DNA of 64,000 bases from Rhodosorus marinus CCMP1338. Lineage: Eukaryota > Plantae > Rhodophyta. Positions within the stretch are counted from its first letter, which is position 1; each line of letters begins with the position of its first letter. The translations under genes and the position numbers were made by a program. Below the pieces are notes generated by a model that ran no database searches, was not told the origin of the DNA, and saw only the letters and a program-made list of their open reading frames with translations. Positions 25,981 through 38,094 of this stretch are shown here, piece by piece. The stretch is taken from assembly GCA_029953675.1 (NCBI GenBank), contig JAMWBK010000007.1, positions 1,488,001 through 1,552,000 on the forward strand, in the 5' to 3' direction.

Positions 25981-26765
25981 ATGTAGCTTTTACCTACCAA
26001 CCAGAAAATTTGGGCCGGCTTCTAAGCAAAAGCAATAGTCGTCTACCTATCAAGCAGACGCTCTGTACATGGAGGAGAGAGAGAGAGAGAGATTGACCTG
26101 AATCCAATGCGACTCAGTTAAAATCTCCAAGCAACAGAATCGGGTTGGTCTCTGTCCTAGACCAGCACGTAAACAGTAACACATAAATACTAACATCCGT
26201 GGACATCTCACTCTATTTTCAACGAACCGAAGCAGACCTTGCCAGAGCCAAATTGTGCCGAGTTGTAACCCACAGCACTCATCATGCACAAACGCAGACG
26301 ACCTGATCCAGCAATAACCTAATCACATAAATGCTCGGAACCAAGCGTCCTTCACTTAGCTAATGGTCTGAGCAATGGAGTCCTCTCTGTTTCCTTAACC
26401 CAATCCAGATCTCATTATCTAACCAGTCAGAAGCAAACGTCCCTCCTCGAATTGAATCTAAAAATCAGTCATCATTGCCAAGCTCAGAGTGGGTAACGGA
26501 AAGAGGAGCTCCTGTCCACTCATCCTCTTCGCAAGAAGACGTTAAGTGAATTCATATTCAAAGCTTCATCTTGTTGCTTTCGTGAATGGGGATGAGGAGG
26601 GTGGAGAACCTGAATGGAAGAGATTGAGGGCCAAGAGGTTAGATGAGTTCTGGAGAGATCTGTAAATGTTTTGAAAATATCTTCTGGAGTAGTGGAATTA
26701 GTGGTCTTCATATTGAGAAGAGATCTGAGATCAAGTTTGTAGGGTTTGAGAATCGGAGTTGGAGG

Positions 26766-28230
26766 ATGAACTGGAACGATGTCCCCGGTGACTTTTCAGG
26801 TAGGAACTTACCCACTGCGCTCTTTTGTTGAGTTGAGGAGCGTTGAAGCTAACTGTTTTTTGTTTTTTTTGTTTCGCGTTCGCTAAGGTGCGATTCGGCA
26901 CGTTGAGAGGAAGCTCAACCAGGTTGATCTTAATCCCGATGACGATGTCGAGGCCGATTTTGCTGAAACTAATCATGATTTGAGCGAGTTTGTTTCAGAG
27001 CATCTTGAGCAAACTCATGGGTGTGGATCGGTCCCTGAAATACCGTCACCAGACAACGACTTTCGAAAGCATCCGGAGAAGAACGATTTCGTCATCCCAC
27101 CGGAGTTTGAGGCGCTCCGAAAGGCCGTGAAGAAGCTGAGCAAGCCCGAGGGAGATGTGACCGGCGGAAGGATTTTCTTCGACTGCCCCGATCCGAGCGA
27201 AAGGTACTACATCAAGCTGGACGAGATCATGACTCTGAATCCAAAGGCTGGGGAAGACAAGATCTTCTATAACAACCAGTACACAGTTGTCGCTCCGGAT
27301 GCCAACGTTATCGTGCTACCAAGCGACGAGTACGCCCAACATGGCAAAGGGCTTTTTGAGGCAAAACATGCGGCGGACGTCTACATCTACGGGATCACCT
27401 TCATGAACTCCACCATCGTTTCGGACAAGCTAGCCAAGAAGGCAAAGGGCTGGGACGACATGGACGAAGTTGAGCGATCAGATATTGTTGGAAAATGGAG
27501 CGGAGCCGCATTTAGACAGAAGCGCGGGCCAAATAACGGAGCTCGAACAACCTTTTACAAATGCAAGTTTTCCAACAACCGTACGATCTCCACGGAGACG
27601 CGAGGAGGAGGCGCCGTGAGTGTTTTCAATACCGACCTGGAATTTTGGGAGTGCAGCTTCGTGAATAACAGTGGTGCCGCGGGAGGTGCCATTGCGGGAA
27701 AGAACTTCAAGCTGTACGTATATGGGTGTGACTTCATCAACAACTGGTCCAGCGGTGGATCTGATGGGAAGACTCAGCAACAAGTGGGCAACGGAGGCGC
27801 AATCAGAGCGGATGGAATTGTGGATACACTCATCGTTGGATCGTACTTTGAGAAGAACTGGCTTAAACATATCCAGAAGATGCGAGGTGCAGCGATGACC
27901 TTGTACGGAGAAGACAACCCCGATGGCCACATTCGCGTCGAGCATTGCAGATTTGTTGGAAACGGAGGGGCCGGAAGCGGCAAGGCAGAGAGTATCGTGA
28001 ACGTTGAGGGCTCCATGGGTATCATAATGAGGGCATGCGAGTTCCGTGACAACAGAAGCGGAGCTGAGATCCCAAACAACGGTGTCCTTGTCTGCAGAGT
28101 GAACGGAGACCACAACGATTTTGAACTAAGCGACTTGAAATTCGAGAGCAACGTCATAAGTTCGGAGGGGACAACTATTCGCGTGCGGGGAGGAAGTAAG
28201 GAGCCCGCTATGAACAACATCGAAATGTAA
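26766..28230 (+). CDS. Right-handed parallel beta-helix protein with GGA(I/V)/FxxN repeats (Pmp/pectin-lyase-like fold), 2 exons
   Basis: 416-codon ORF plus an upstream exon MNWNDVPGDFSG|gtagga...aag|. Repeats: FSNN..GGGAV, FVNNSGAAGGAI, FINN..GNGGAI, FEKN, FVGN, FRDN, FESN. Start uncertain. Confidence 0.75.
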
Positions 28231-28582
28231 TGTGCAACCCCGTTCCTTCCGTCAATCGCCCTTTTTTGGTTTGGGCTTCAACTACCGTTTGCACCGTTGT
28301 CAAATTGACAAGGCAGTGGTAGCTGGGAGCGAACGTATTCCAGCTCTAGGCATTGTAAATCACTTGACTAAATGCTTCCGCTCTGTAGAGGTCGGTCTAC
28401 GCTCTCGCCCAGGAGTATATAAAAGAAACGGATTTCCACCAGCGAGAAGCAACTCAAAGCGGTCCACAGCTGTGGGCTACTCTTCGGTCCAAAGTCTCTC
28501 TCCTCACGATTAGTTTACATATGTCACATACAAATTCTTTCCCCCCATCTCACGGATATCGCTCCTTACTTTCTAGACAAAG

Positions 28583-29460
28583 TTAGAGGATATATGGGTT
28601 GAAACCCCGAACTTGAGCTTCGGAGGTGGTTAGTGCAACCGACGAGAACATAAAACTGAGGTCTGCGTCATCTTCGTCCTCTCGCCCGGTACGAGATTCC
28701 TCGCCGTCGTCAGTGTCCTCTAGGTTCACTTCAGCTTTACATCTACGTTTTCTTGAAATTAGCTGCCTTTTAAGCTCGTTAATAACTCCCTCCAGCGCCT
28801 CCTGCACTCAAAAACAGAACCATACAGTCATGAATCTCTGAGTAAAATGGACGCTCCAATGGACACTCGTTTGGATAAACCCGCAGCAAACGGTTTCGGA
28901 AGCTTTTAAAGACGTACCTCTGTCTGCTCTTCACTCATCCTCGGAACGAAGATTTTCTTTTCCTCTTCCGCGAGCGAGCCAGCGAACTTTCTCGAGTCGC
29001 GACTTCTTCTTTTCACAATTGACGAGCCGGGAGTCGCTGAATCCACAACGTTTTTGTTGCGTCTGGAGCTATGCCGCGCAGGTACTCCCGAAACCGCCCC
29101 ACCAAAGCCTTCACCCACGACACTATCGCTTGCTAGGTCGCCAAACGTTGTGGTCGGTTTGGAAAACTTGACTACCGGAGTCTCCACATGCTCAGGTTCT
29201 CGACTTGTTGAATTCTCCACATTATGATCCGGAGGAGGCGTCCGCGGACGACCAGTGATATACAAACGTTCACATGCCCCAACGAGCGCTTGCGTACCGA
29301 ACCTTCCCAACCTTTCCTCAGCAGTCTTCTTCTCTCTCTCCTCAATCTGTATCTTCAAACTCCTCCTCAACGAATCATGAAGCCCAGCAGATATACATCC
29401 AGCTCCAATTATCCCGCCTCCCTCCCTCCGAATCTCACCTTCTGTATCCGCAGAACTCAT
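28583..29460 (-). CDS. Hypothetical protein, 2 exons
   Basis: ORF 28906-29478 ends at EQTE|gtacgt and joins in phase 0 to tgcag|EALEGVINELKRQL...FNPYIL*. Confidence 0.55.
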
Positions 29461-30578
29461 CTTCAAACACCAAGCCAACCTTACTTCAAACGATACACTT
29501 CCTCTATGCTCTTCTCATACTCTCTTCAACCCTTTCACATTCCTTCTCCTTCTCTCTTCCTTCTCCTCCACCCCCAACTCCCTCCAGAGAAACCTCCTTG
29601 TCCCATCCCCAATCCATATAATCACAACCTCTTCAAAACCGCCAGGTACAAAATAACCATAGAAATACAATAATTCCTCCCGGCCAAATTTGTCCTTCCC
29701 AAACTGGCCTATGATACACACTTTTCGAGGTCTGCCACTGTTGCATAAATAGTTAGATGCAGAAATGTTTTTAATATTAAACAATTTATGGGCATTTAGC
29801 ATTTAGTACACAGGTTTCCTTTCCATGGCCTAGCTTGACTAAATCAATCATCTTCGATTTTTAACAAGTGTTTATTGGTTAGCATGAGGTTGTATTTGTC
29901 CAATAGTTTGCTCTAGGGGGGATTAAATATATTTTTATGAAGGTGGAAGCGAAATGAAATTTGCTAATTAAAAAGGAGTTTGACGGTGAATTGACTGAAA
30001 ATGATGATTTATTTCTTTGTTTTGGTAACGGGGAAGATTCCTCTTTTTTTGCAAATCATTGAAATGGGACAGCATTATATGGAAAACTACGGTAATTAGA
30101 CCGGATATACTGACGGTGGGCAAGGTTACGTTCTTCAGTAAGGGGGAAGGACGAGGGTAGAAAAACTCATTTGAAACATTTTTGCTAAAATCATGATAAT
30201 TATTGTAAATCTAGAAAAGACTATCAGGGGGGTACAGAACAATGAACTAGCATAGCTTACTGCAATCGTAACTACCTTCAATACTATCAAGTTCCATAGG
30301 GAGCTGGTCAATGTCAGCAAGCTTGTACGGATATTGAATTGGATTAAAGTTTATGCATATAGGTAGAAAATCGACAATATGACAAAAAACAATGGTCGCG
30401 CTTAGTGTCGCCGTTAGGTGGGAGTTTTGAGGGTGAGCTCTCTGGATTGGAAGTTGGCTCGACTATGGATTGCGCTTTAGCTTCTACATACATGTTTCTT
30501 CACTAATGGAATGGTCAATCTCCACCCGATCGTGCGAGGAGCGACGTAGGGGGCCCCCTCCTATGCCTTTTTTACTCT

Positions 30579-30974
30579 TTGGTGGCTCTTCAGCTGTGTG
30601 GAAACGCAGTTCTGAACTGGTATGGGAAATGGTTTAATCCTCGAACATTATGTCGTACGCGTAGTTACCTCTCCACCTCCCAGCCTCAAACTCTGCAGCT
30701 CCTGATCCTGAACCTTCTTCTGTTTCTCAACGTTAAAGCCGTATCCGAATTTTATAGCCAGGATAGATTGAGGCTACATTCAATGACACGAAAGCAATTG
30801 ATGGACCAAGATCAAGAAAAAGCAATTCAATACAGGAACTTCGTCCAGAAACCTGGTTGCCTGCAAGGATCGATTTGTACTGAGCGTCACTGGTCGACGA
30901 CCTGGAACCCTTCTCCTAACTCTCCGAAAACGTATCTCGTCGTGGACTCGGCCGCCGACCTCTTTGGGTTGTGA
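30579..30974 (+). CDS. Possible small hypothetical protein
   Basis: 131-codon ORF between an AT island and the DUF3110 gene. No motif recognised. Confidence 0.2.
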   Translation: MVALQLCGNAVLNWYGKWFNPRTLCRTRSYLSTSQPQTLQLLILNLLLFLNVKAVSEFYSQDRLRLHSMTRKQLMDQDQEKAIQYRNFVQKPGCLQGSICTERHWSTTWNPSPNSPKTYLVVDSAADLFGL

Positions 30975-31054
30975 CAGTGCGAAGTGAACATCTGGTGTCG
31001 TAGTTTGCCAGGTGGATCTCTGTAGGTTTTAGTGGAAAGACGGAGAAGACGAGA

Positions 31055-31931
31055 ATGGCGTTTGTACTAGGCATTGGAAGGATTGGTAAGCCGCATCCGG
31101 CCCGAGCATGCTCTCGACGAAAGGCGACCGAGGAAGGGGCAAGCGCGCAGAAGAAGAAAGGCATATCTCCGGAGGAGCAGGTCAGAATGGATAAGATGTT
31201 TGAGTACTATGAAGCCTGGGATGGATCTCCGCCTAATCGTGCTGATGGATGGGTGCTGTTCTACGGCCCGGAACTTGGAATGTGGAAGAATAGTATTCTT
31301 GAAGCGGGGATTGCCCCAAAGCACGAGGTGTTCTCCCGGTTTGTAAGCAGGAAGTACAATTGAATCGCCGAAGCCCCTTTGAAGCGGAAATGTCCTGACT
31401 ACTTTCATCACCTCGGCCTTGCTCCCTGGCTGTTCCAGATCCCTGATGTGGAATTAGAATTTGCCCTGGGTCAACGGCTGAAGAATCTCTATTTGCTCCT
31501 AGTCGGGACTCCAGAGGCCGGCTCGCTTGTTACGCTAAACGTACGAGGACAATCAAAACTTTCCGCCGATTCATCCTAGCCACTGGAATCATGGCTCAAG
31601 TATCTCCTTTGGTTGCATTCAACGTACAGGTACAAGGCGACCATGTCGTGCTTGCGTTCGAGTCGCCAGAGGATGCAACGAGGTACGCTGTGCAAATGGA
31701 AGGTCTTGGGATGCCGCTTGCAAAAGTCATGGTAAGTGCCTTTTTCTTAGAAATAGCACCACGAAAAAGAACCGTTTTTTGGGCGCGACCGCAAACCAAC
31801 CATGTAAAAACGCTGTGCAACATCCGCAGAAAGAACAGGCGGACGATATAATCAACTATGCAAAAGAGTCCAATATGTATCGTGCGGTGATTCCCGCGGG
31901 TACTATGATCGCGCCTCCTCAGAGCTCGTAG
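31055..31931 (+). CDS. Plastid-targeted DUF3110-family protein, 4 exons (31055-31327, 31439-31540, 31631-31732, 31840-31931, approximate)
   Basis: MAFVLG transit peptide. Spliced LYLLLVGTPEAGSLVTLN|VQGDHVVLAFESPEDATRYAVQM..|ADDIINYAKESNMYRAVIPAGTMIAPP resembles the cyanobacterial DUF3110 consensus. Confidence 0.75.
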
Positions 31932-32808
31932 GAATGCGGTGCTGATCGTACCCCGCTTGCAAAACGCCTGCTGGATCCTGCTTGATTTGCTTCCAGAGTG
32001 GAAACCACGGGGTCCGAGCGGCTGCAGTGTCTTCACATGAGCGTGTCCAGGGAATCTGATCGCAAGCCGCCGGGACAAAGCGAATGGACCTGAAGTATTT
32101 CCGAAGAAGACCAGAACGCCGCACGGAAATAGAGCTATGTATGCAGCGAGAAAACAAAGAAGAAAAAAAGAAAGATTCGAGCAGTTCCGAAAGGGAGCGT
32201 TTGGATTCCACAGCATTATTACCATCGCGAAGGTGTACAATAAGCCTATCTGTCCTTCAAGAAGTTGAAACCCGAAAGCTCAACACCCGAAAGCCCAACA
32301 AGCTCCTCGCCTTATTGACCAACCTCGCCCCTCCCAATATTTCAAATATATATTACTTTTATACAATATAATTGGATAATTTTCACTGGAATAGCCCTAA
32401 AATTTACTAAAAGCCAGATTATCGAATAAAATATTACTGAGATTAAAAACATTTCAAAAGGTTTCATTGGTTATAATAGACACTATTTCACATATATATT
32501 ATTTTAAACCTTTTTATTGGATAGTTGTACATAAATAAACCAATTACTATTGATTATACATATTAAGACTATTGATTGGTTTAAATTGACTAGAACTTCA
32601 GAAATATTTTGGTAATAAGTGTTTTTTGAATACATGGCTTTTCGGTTGATGACGTGATCGATTGAAGTTTAGTAAGGAGATTTCGGTTGGTGGGGTTTGG
32701 GGAGAAGGGGGTGGGAGGGGGTGGGAGAAGGGGAAGGCTAGTCACTTCAGGAGTAGACTCAGTCAAGGTGTAAAGGATTTTTGTCGGAGTAACTACTAGA
32801 TAGAAATT

Positions 32809-33544
32809 ATGACGGATGGATGGCTTCGTACGACTGAAGAATGGGATAAGAGAGTATCGTATGCTGTGTGGCGTTGGTATCAGGACAAGATTGGACGGAA
32901 CGTTCCGTTGAGGGTTTTGGAGTGGACTGGCCACGGGGTTGTGTGGTATTTGTGTGTACTGGCTGGTTTTTTTCTAGTTAAGGATGCTAGGCCTGGGTTT
33001 TATGCTCTCATGGGTAATCTTTTCGTTGGGTTATCGACGGACTTGCTGATTGTTGTAATCATCAAGCCTTTGGCTAGAAGAAAGCGGCCACACTACAACC
33101 CAGGGAAGACTGAGCTGTCCCTTCAGAGTGTGGACAAGTTCTCGTTTCCATCGGGGCATGCTACTCGTTGTGCAATGGTCACTGGACTGGTCCTGCACGG
33201 TTACCTTGTATACAAGATTCCGTCGGAAGCGCTCGTTTGGGCTACAATCTTGTGGGCCATCACGGTAGGCCCGAGAAAAGCATAACATCCTCACTCGCAC
33301 GCTAGCATGGGCTCTTGGGCTCTTCTTTCTGTACTCACAGGAAATCTCTTATCGCTCTGAAAAGGTCATGGAATCGCGAGTCATGCTTGGGAGGCATCAC
33401 GTACTGGATATAGTTGGAGGATCGTTGCTCGGAAGCCTCAACGCTGTTTTCGTTAGCAGGTTCTTGTCGCTCAATGCATCGTCGGCGCCGGCGCTTCGAG
33501 ATCAGCTCCTTGCGATCGCGATTCGAACGTTCCTGAGAAAATAG
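32809..33544 (+). CDS. PAP2-family lipid phosphate phosphatase (PLPP6-like), 2 exons
   Basis: C1 KPLARRKRP, C2 FSFPSGH, and C3 SRVMLGRHHVLD after the intron ATCACG|gtaggc...aaaag|GTC. Confidence 0.9.
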
Positions 33545-33726
33545 AATGAGGAGACCACGCACAGTTTCTAAGGTAGGGCCCAATAACGCACAAGGAAGAA
33601 ACTGTCCTTTTGCGTGCGGGTCTTTGGCTTGTCTTTTTTTGTTTTTTTTTGACTTTTTGTAAATATAGCTGTGCCGAATATGTGTACAGAGGTGACCCCT
33701 ATGGTGTTTTGCTCGAGTCCTTTTCT

Positions 33727-35385
33727 TCAATCGTCCCCAGAGATCTTATCCATTATCCATCTGGGAGTAATCTCCGGGACCTGGTAAGCTCTATTCGCCA
33801 ATGCGACTTTCTTTTTCTTTCGCGGAATTTCTTCTGCGTCCTCCCGTAGGACATACGCTTCTCCATCCTTTCGTGCAGGGTATCTAGTTAGCACTTTCCC
33901 TCCGCCGAAGGTAATCTAGGAGCCCAAAGGGAGGAAGGTGTACACTCTTTGAGAGACCAGGCGAGAGGACGGGATGTGGTCCCTTGGGTTGTGCGCTCAC
34001 CATAGCTTGTAGTTCCTGTCGGGAAGGAAGCTGATTCTTGTACGCGCCAAGGTAGAAACTCATTTGAGAGAACATTTTCACTCTGGAACATCGAATATGC
34101 TTCCCTCTTCCGTCGAGCTCGAACAGGTCCGCCGGCGGCCATTCAGGCACTAGGCTCGCGGCTGCGGTGCTAACCCAGTTGAAAGTGACAATGACTTTGC
34201 CACTCACCATGGCCTTCAGCAACTTGCCGGTCCGTCTCGGGCGTTCTAGCGTCGTCTTAACCCCAGTAACCACGTGCGTTACGCTCTCAAGGACATCTGA
34301 AACGACCCTGGTCTTTAGCCTCGAAGCTACCCTGATCAGCTCTTCCTTTTCTTTCGGCTGGAGTCCTGTAGGCATGATGACAACAGGTTCCATTCTTGGT
34401 CTCCTCCGCTTCCTGTGAGGACTAGGACTGCATTCGAGGCATTGAAACTTCCCCAGTGGAGCACCTTGAAGTGGAGGCTCGTGGCAGAACAGGTGCACTG
34501 ACCTCTCGCACTTGTCGCAGCGAAGGAGATCACCATTTCTCTGTGAACACTTGTAGCACGGCTGTTCCAGTCCTTGAGAGAAGACTATACAGGAGTCTCC
34601 CTCACTGCCGTGGGCTGGCTCCGGATGCACCGGACCCAGATCTATATGCTCGGGACACCAGAGCTCATAGTTGTCTTCGTTCAGGACGATATTGCGGTTT
34701 CCCAAAGAACAGGGAAGGTGGTAGACGCGCGGACATCCCCTCTTGCTGCATCCTGGCGAAGGGGAAGTAGAACCGTGCTCAGAATCAGTCTTATGGTTCT
34801 ATACGATCATGAGTTTTCGATGTTCTTACTGATTGTTGCGCCGAACTTGCCACAGGTCACGCAAAGCTGCCTCTTGCCCCGCTCAATTCCCGCTTTCAGA
34901 CCGACTATTCTGCCAGTAGCTCTATTGAAATGAACCTCTGGGCTCCATGATGCGCATCCTTCGTGAACAGCTACTGTTGCACCGTTCTGCATCTCATTTC
35001 TCGCGAGCTTTCCCACCACAGCAGATAGACCACTCTCTTCTCCGGAGCAAAATGCGCACTTGCTCGAGTTTGATGCTTGCACCGGTTCGGGGCAGGCATG
35101 AGCAAGAATCTCGGGAGGAATCTCTTCAATTAAGCACCTGATCTTCTCCAGTCCCTCAATAACCCTGTCCAGCTGGGGAATGTCGTTCTCTCTCAAACTC
35201 CTCCTCGTCGTAGGCTGCTTACAAAGCGGGCACTTCCTGCTCACCCTTAGTCCATGCTCTATACAAGCCCTACAGAAAATATGCCCACATCCCGCCAGCG
35301 AGCATGAATCAACCATAGGACAAAGACATATCGGACACTTCAGCTCAACCTCCAACACCTCCAGAGCTTCCAAAAGTTCCCCCAT
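33727..35385 (-). CDS. BRCA1/BARD1-like protein: RING + extended PHD + PHD + tandem BRCT, 3 exons
   Basis: RING CPIC..CGHIFCRAC..CPLC. ePHD CAFC..VHEGCASW..CVTC..|RCSKRGCPRVYHLPC..WCPEH. PHD CYKC..CDKCERSVHLFC..CLEC. BRCT1 THVVTG..RTGKLLKAMVSGKVIVTFNWV. BRCT2 ..GGGKVL..WIMDKIS*. Confidence 0.85.
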
Positions 35386-35790
35386 TTTTCTCTCCTTCCT
35401 CTCAGAGAAAAGAATCAAGAAATCAATACTCAGCGAAAACACCCTCCTTTGTAGCTACTTTGTCCTTACATTGCTCCTATCTTATCTCGGCCCTCCTTCA
35501 CCCTCCCACCCTCTCCCCCTCTCCAAACCCAAAGCCAACACCCCCAAAAGCTCTTCTCATCGACCAGTTTATCAATACCAAAAAAGTTCTGATCCATTAA
35601 ATTTCTCGGATGCACAACCATACGGATGCATAACAACTGAAAATTAAGAAATCAAAATTCATAAAACTTCCCGGGAGATTGAAGGGTCTTCAATCAATAT
35701 TATATATTTAGACAATTATTAGCTTAAATATAGGAACTATAATATTGTATTTAATAAATAAATTCGGTTTACCGCGAGTTTTCAGATTAC

Positions 35791-35827
35791 TCAGCGCAAT
35801 AATGATTATCAATCATTATTGCGCTGA
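35791..35827. repeat. Perfect 17-bp inverted repeat with a 3-nt spacer
   Basis: TCAGCGCAATAATGATT-ATC-AATCATTATTGCGCTGA. The arms are exact reverse complements. Confidence 0.95.
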
Positions 35828-36119
35828 ATCGAGCACGATCAACGGGATGCGACGGGTGTTGCTCAGATTACGATTACCGTGACTGTAAGAAGGAGAGTCC
35901 TTTGCTTAATCTGCAAGGAGCCGTGGTGCCCTTACCTTAGCTTGAGAAAAGCCGGCAAAAAATTGCCCTCAACCAACCCCCCCCCCGCGCTCGATGCTTT
36001 CTTGCGGTGATCGGAGTTGTAGTCCGCCTTGCGAACAAGGCAGGCATAATGCATAATGCTGGGGACTGCTTGTGGATTCGATGGGATGGGTGTTGATGGT
36101 ACATTTACAAATGGATATT

Positions 36120-38094
36120 TTAGTGCTTCTCAGCGGCGTCGAGTTTCTGGTAGAGGTATTCACAAGTCAATCTCAAACGATCGATCTCCTGTTCCAGGAG
36201 GGGTTCTGGAGTGGGGCCTTTGTTGCCCCTGAGGCGGACGATGGAGGCGTCGCGTTTTGCCACGGCGCTGCGCAGCTTGGTGTTCCTCGCCTTGAGCTCC
36301 TCCAGTTCCTTCCTCAGTTTCTCGCAGTTTTCACAGGCCGCGGTATTCGTCCTATTAGTTGTAGTCGGAACCTGCAAAACGGTGCTCTAGGTGAGATTCT
36401 TGGCTCCACGGGTTTGGGGCTGGGGAGAAATGGGTTTACCCTTTTTACATCTCCTCCTTTTACTCCGGGGGCGAATCTTACACCGGGTTTTTGAATGGGC
36501 GAAGGGGATGCCATCCCCTCAGCGCCCTCCAGCGGGACTATTTGATCCGAGTTGAGGTTGATAAAGTGATTTGCTTCTGCCGGGGTGGGTGACAATTTTG
36601 GCTCTTGGTTCACGTACGAATGCAAAGCCTCCGTGTTAAGCCTGGATTTCTGAACAAGCTCCATCTCCAGCTCTTTCACAATTGCCTCAGCACGTCGATC
36701 CTCCTATGGCGTCATGAGGCAAACGCAACTTCATATGAGACTTCAAATCCGAGTAGGGGCACCCTTTCGGCGGAAATGCTCAACCTTACCTCTTGCTCAT
36801 CGAAGTACGATTGGTCTTTGTGCACTGACGCTCGCACAGGGGACTGTTGAAGAGAAAACAAAGAAAGCAGACGTCAGCAAGACCGGAAAATTCAACGAGA
36901 TCGATGACCTCGACTGTTTGACAGCTTTGATGCATTGGGACTGTACAGTGGCGCTCTTTTCGGGGGAACATGGAGGAAGCGAATCCACAGGTGTTGTCTG
37001 CTGGTCCTGCACGGCTAGAGGAGGTACAACTGGCTCCGCTATCGACGAAGAATTCTCTCGGAGGCTTTCTTGCTGCGTATCGGGTTTCGAGGCAGAATCC
37101 AATGATAAATCTTGGTCAACCTCGTCGCTCTCAGCCAGCTGTTCTGCGGTTTCATCGAGCATGTCGTCGTTGCCAAGCTTCTGTCCTCCTTCCGGGTCTC
37201 TGGAATCAACCGTTGGCTTCTCCGGTTCAGCCCTTCCCATATCATCGTCCTCGACGATAGGCTGCTTCGTTTGTAGTCCACTTTCATCTGGGGCATCCAC
37301 TACCTCACTGGGAGCTTCAGTTACTTGCGAGAGCGGCTTGTCCGGAGTATCGGGTACTTCGTCGATCACTCCCACCGGCTCCTGGGCGACAGCATGACTC
37401 CGGTCCTCATCCACAAGCGAAATTTCCTCGCTGATGCTCTCATTCTGCGTGGATGGAGCGTCCAGGTTCGATGGTAGCGCCGAACTATCATCCGCGAGCT
37501 TATTAGAGGCACCCCGAAAGTCCTGCTCTCCAATTCGATCAAATCCAGAAGTTTGGTCACCCGTGATTTTCTCCTCGTTCATGGCTGTTCTTGATACCAA
37601 AACTTGTGGTTTCTCTACACTCAGCCTGTCGGCTTCAACTTCAACTCCAGTATGAGAGTCCCAAGTTTCCATCGGAGCCGAAACCCCCTCGCTAGTGTTG
37701 GCCTTCTCCTGCTCATCGATTCTTCCTGCTTTTTGCATCACAGGAGACAGTCCCGGGTCTTCAGTGCTTCGCTGAGTATGATCAGCCTCAACCAGCTCTT
37801 GATCAGTAACCTGTGGCTGTGCTTCTTCAGGTTCAGGTCTGATATACAGCAACAACAAATTCCAGGCAGAAGATTTTTCAGTACTCGCCGACTTGAAGCC
37901 AGCAAAATGGAATTGAGTCCGTTCCAACTTGTGCATCTAGCGTACGTGTTCAAAAACTTCTCTCTCATATTCACCAGATCCCTGACGCTCTTCATAACCT
38001 TGTCCCTCTTCTGTGGATCCATCCTGGCCAGCCTCTCTGGTGCCCATGGAGGCATCGACTTGCAGGAAGAGCACATCCCACATCGTTTCTTCAT
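36120..38094 (-). CDS. Acidic low-complexity protein with N-terminal CGxCxxC motif and C-terminal coiled coil, about 5 exons
   Basis: Exon 1 MKKRCGMCSSC...FLNT joins in phase 2 (AC|gtacgc...atcag|A CCT) to the long acidic ORF 36797-37936. Further exons SPVRAS..DEQE|gtaagg and EDRRAEAIVKELEMEL. Last exon CENCEKLRKELEELK..DAAEKH*. Confidence 0.65.

Noticed and set aside
31903-32240. Minus-strand ORFs with a hydrophobic segment beside the 32340 AT island
   Set aside because: They overlap the DUF3110 3' end and could not be assembled unambiguously. Noted only as a predicted locus.
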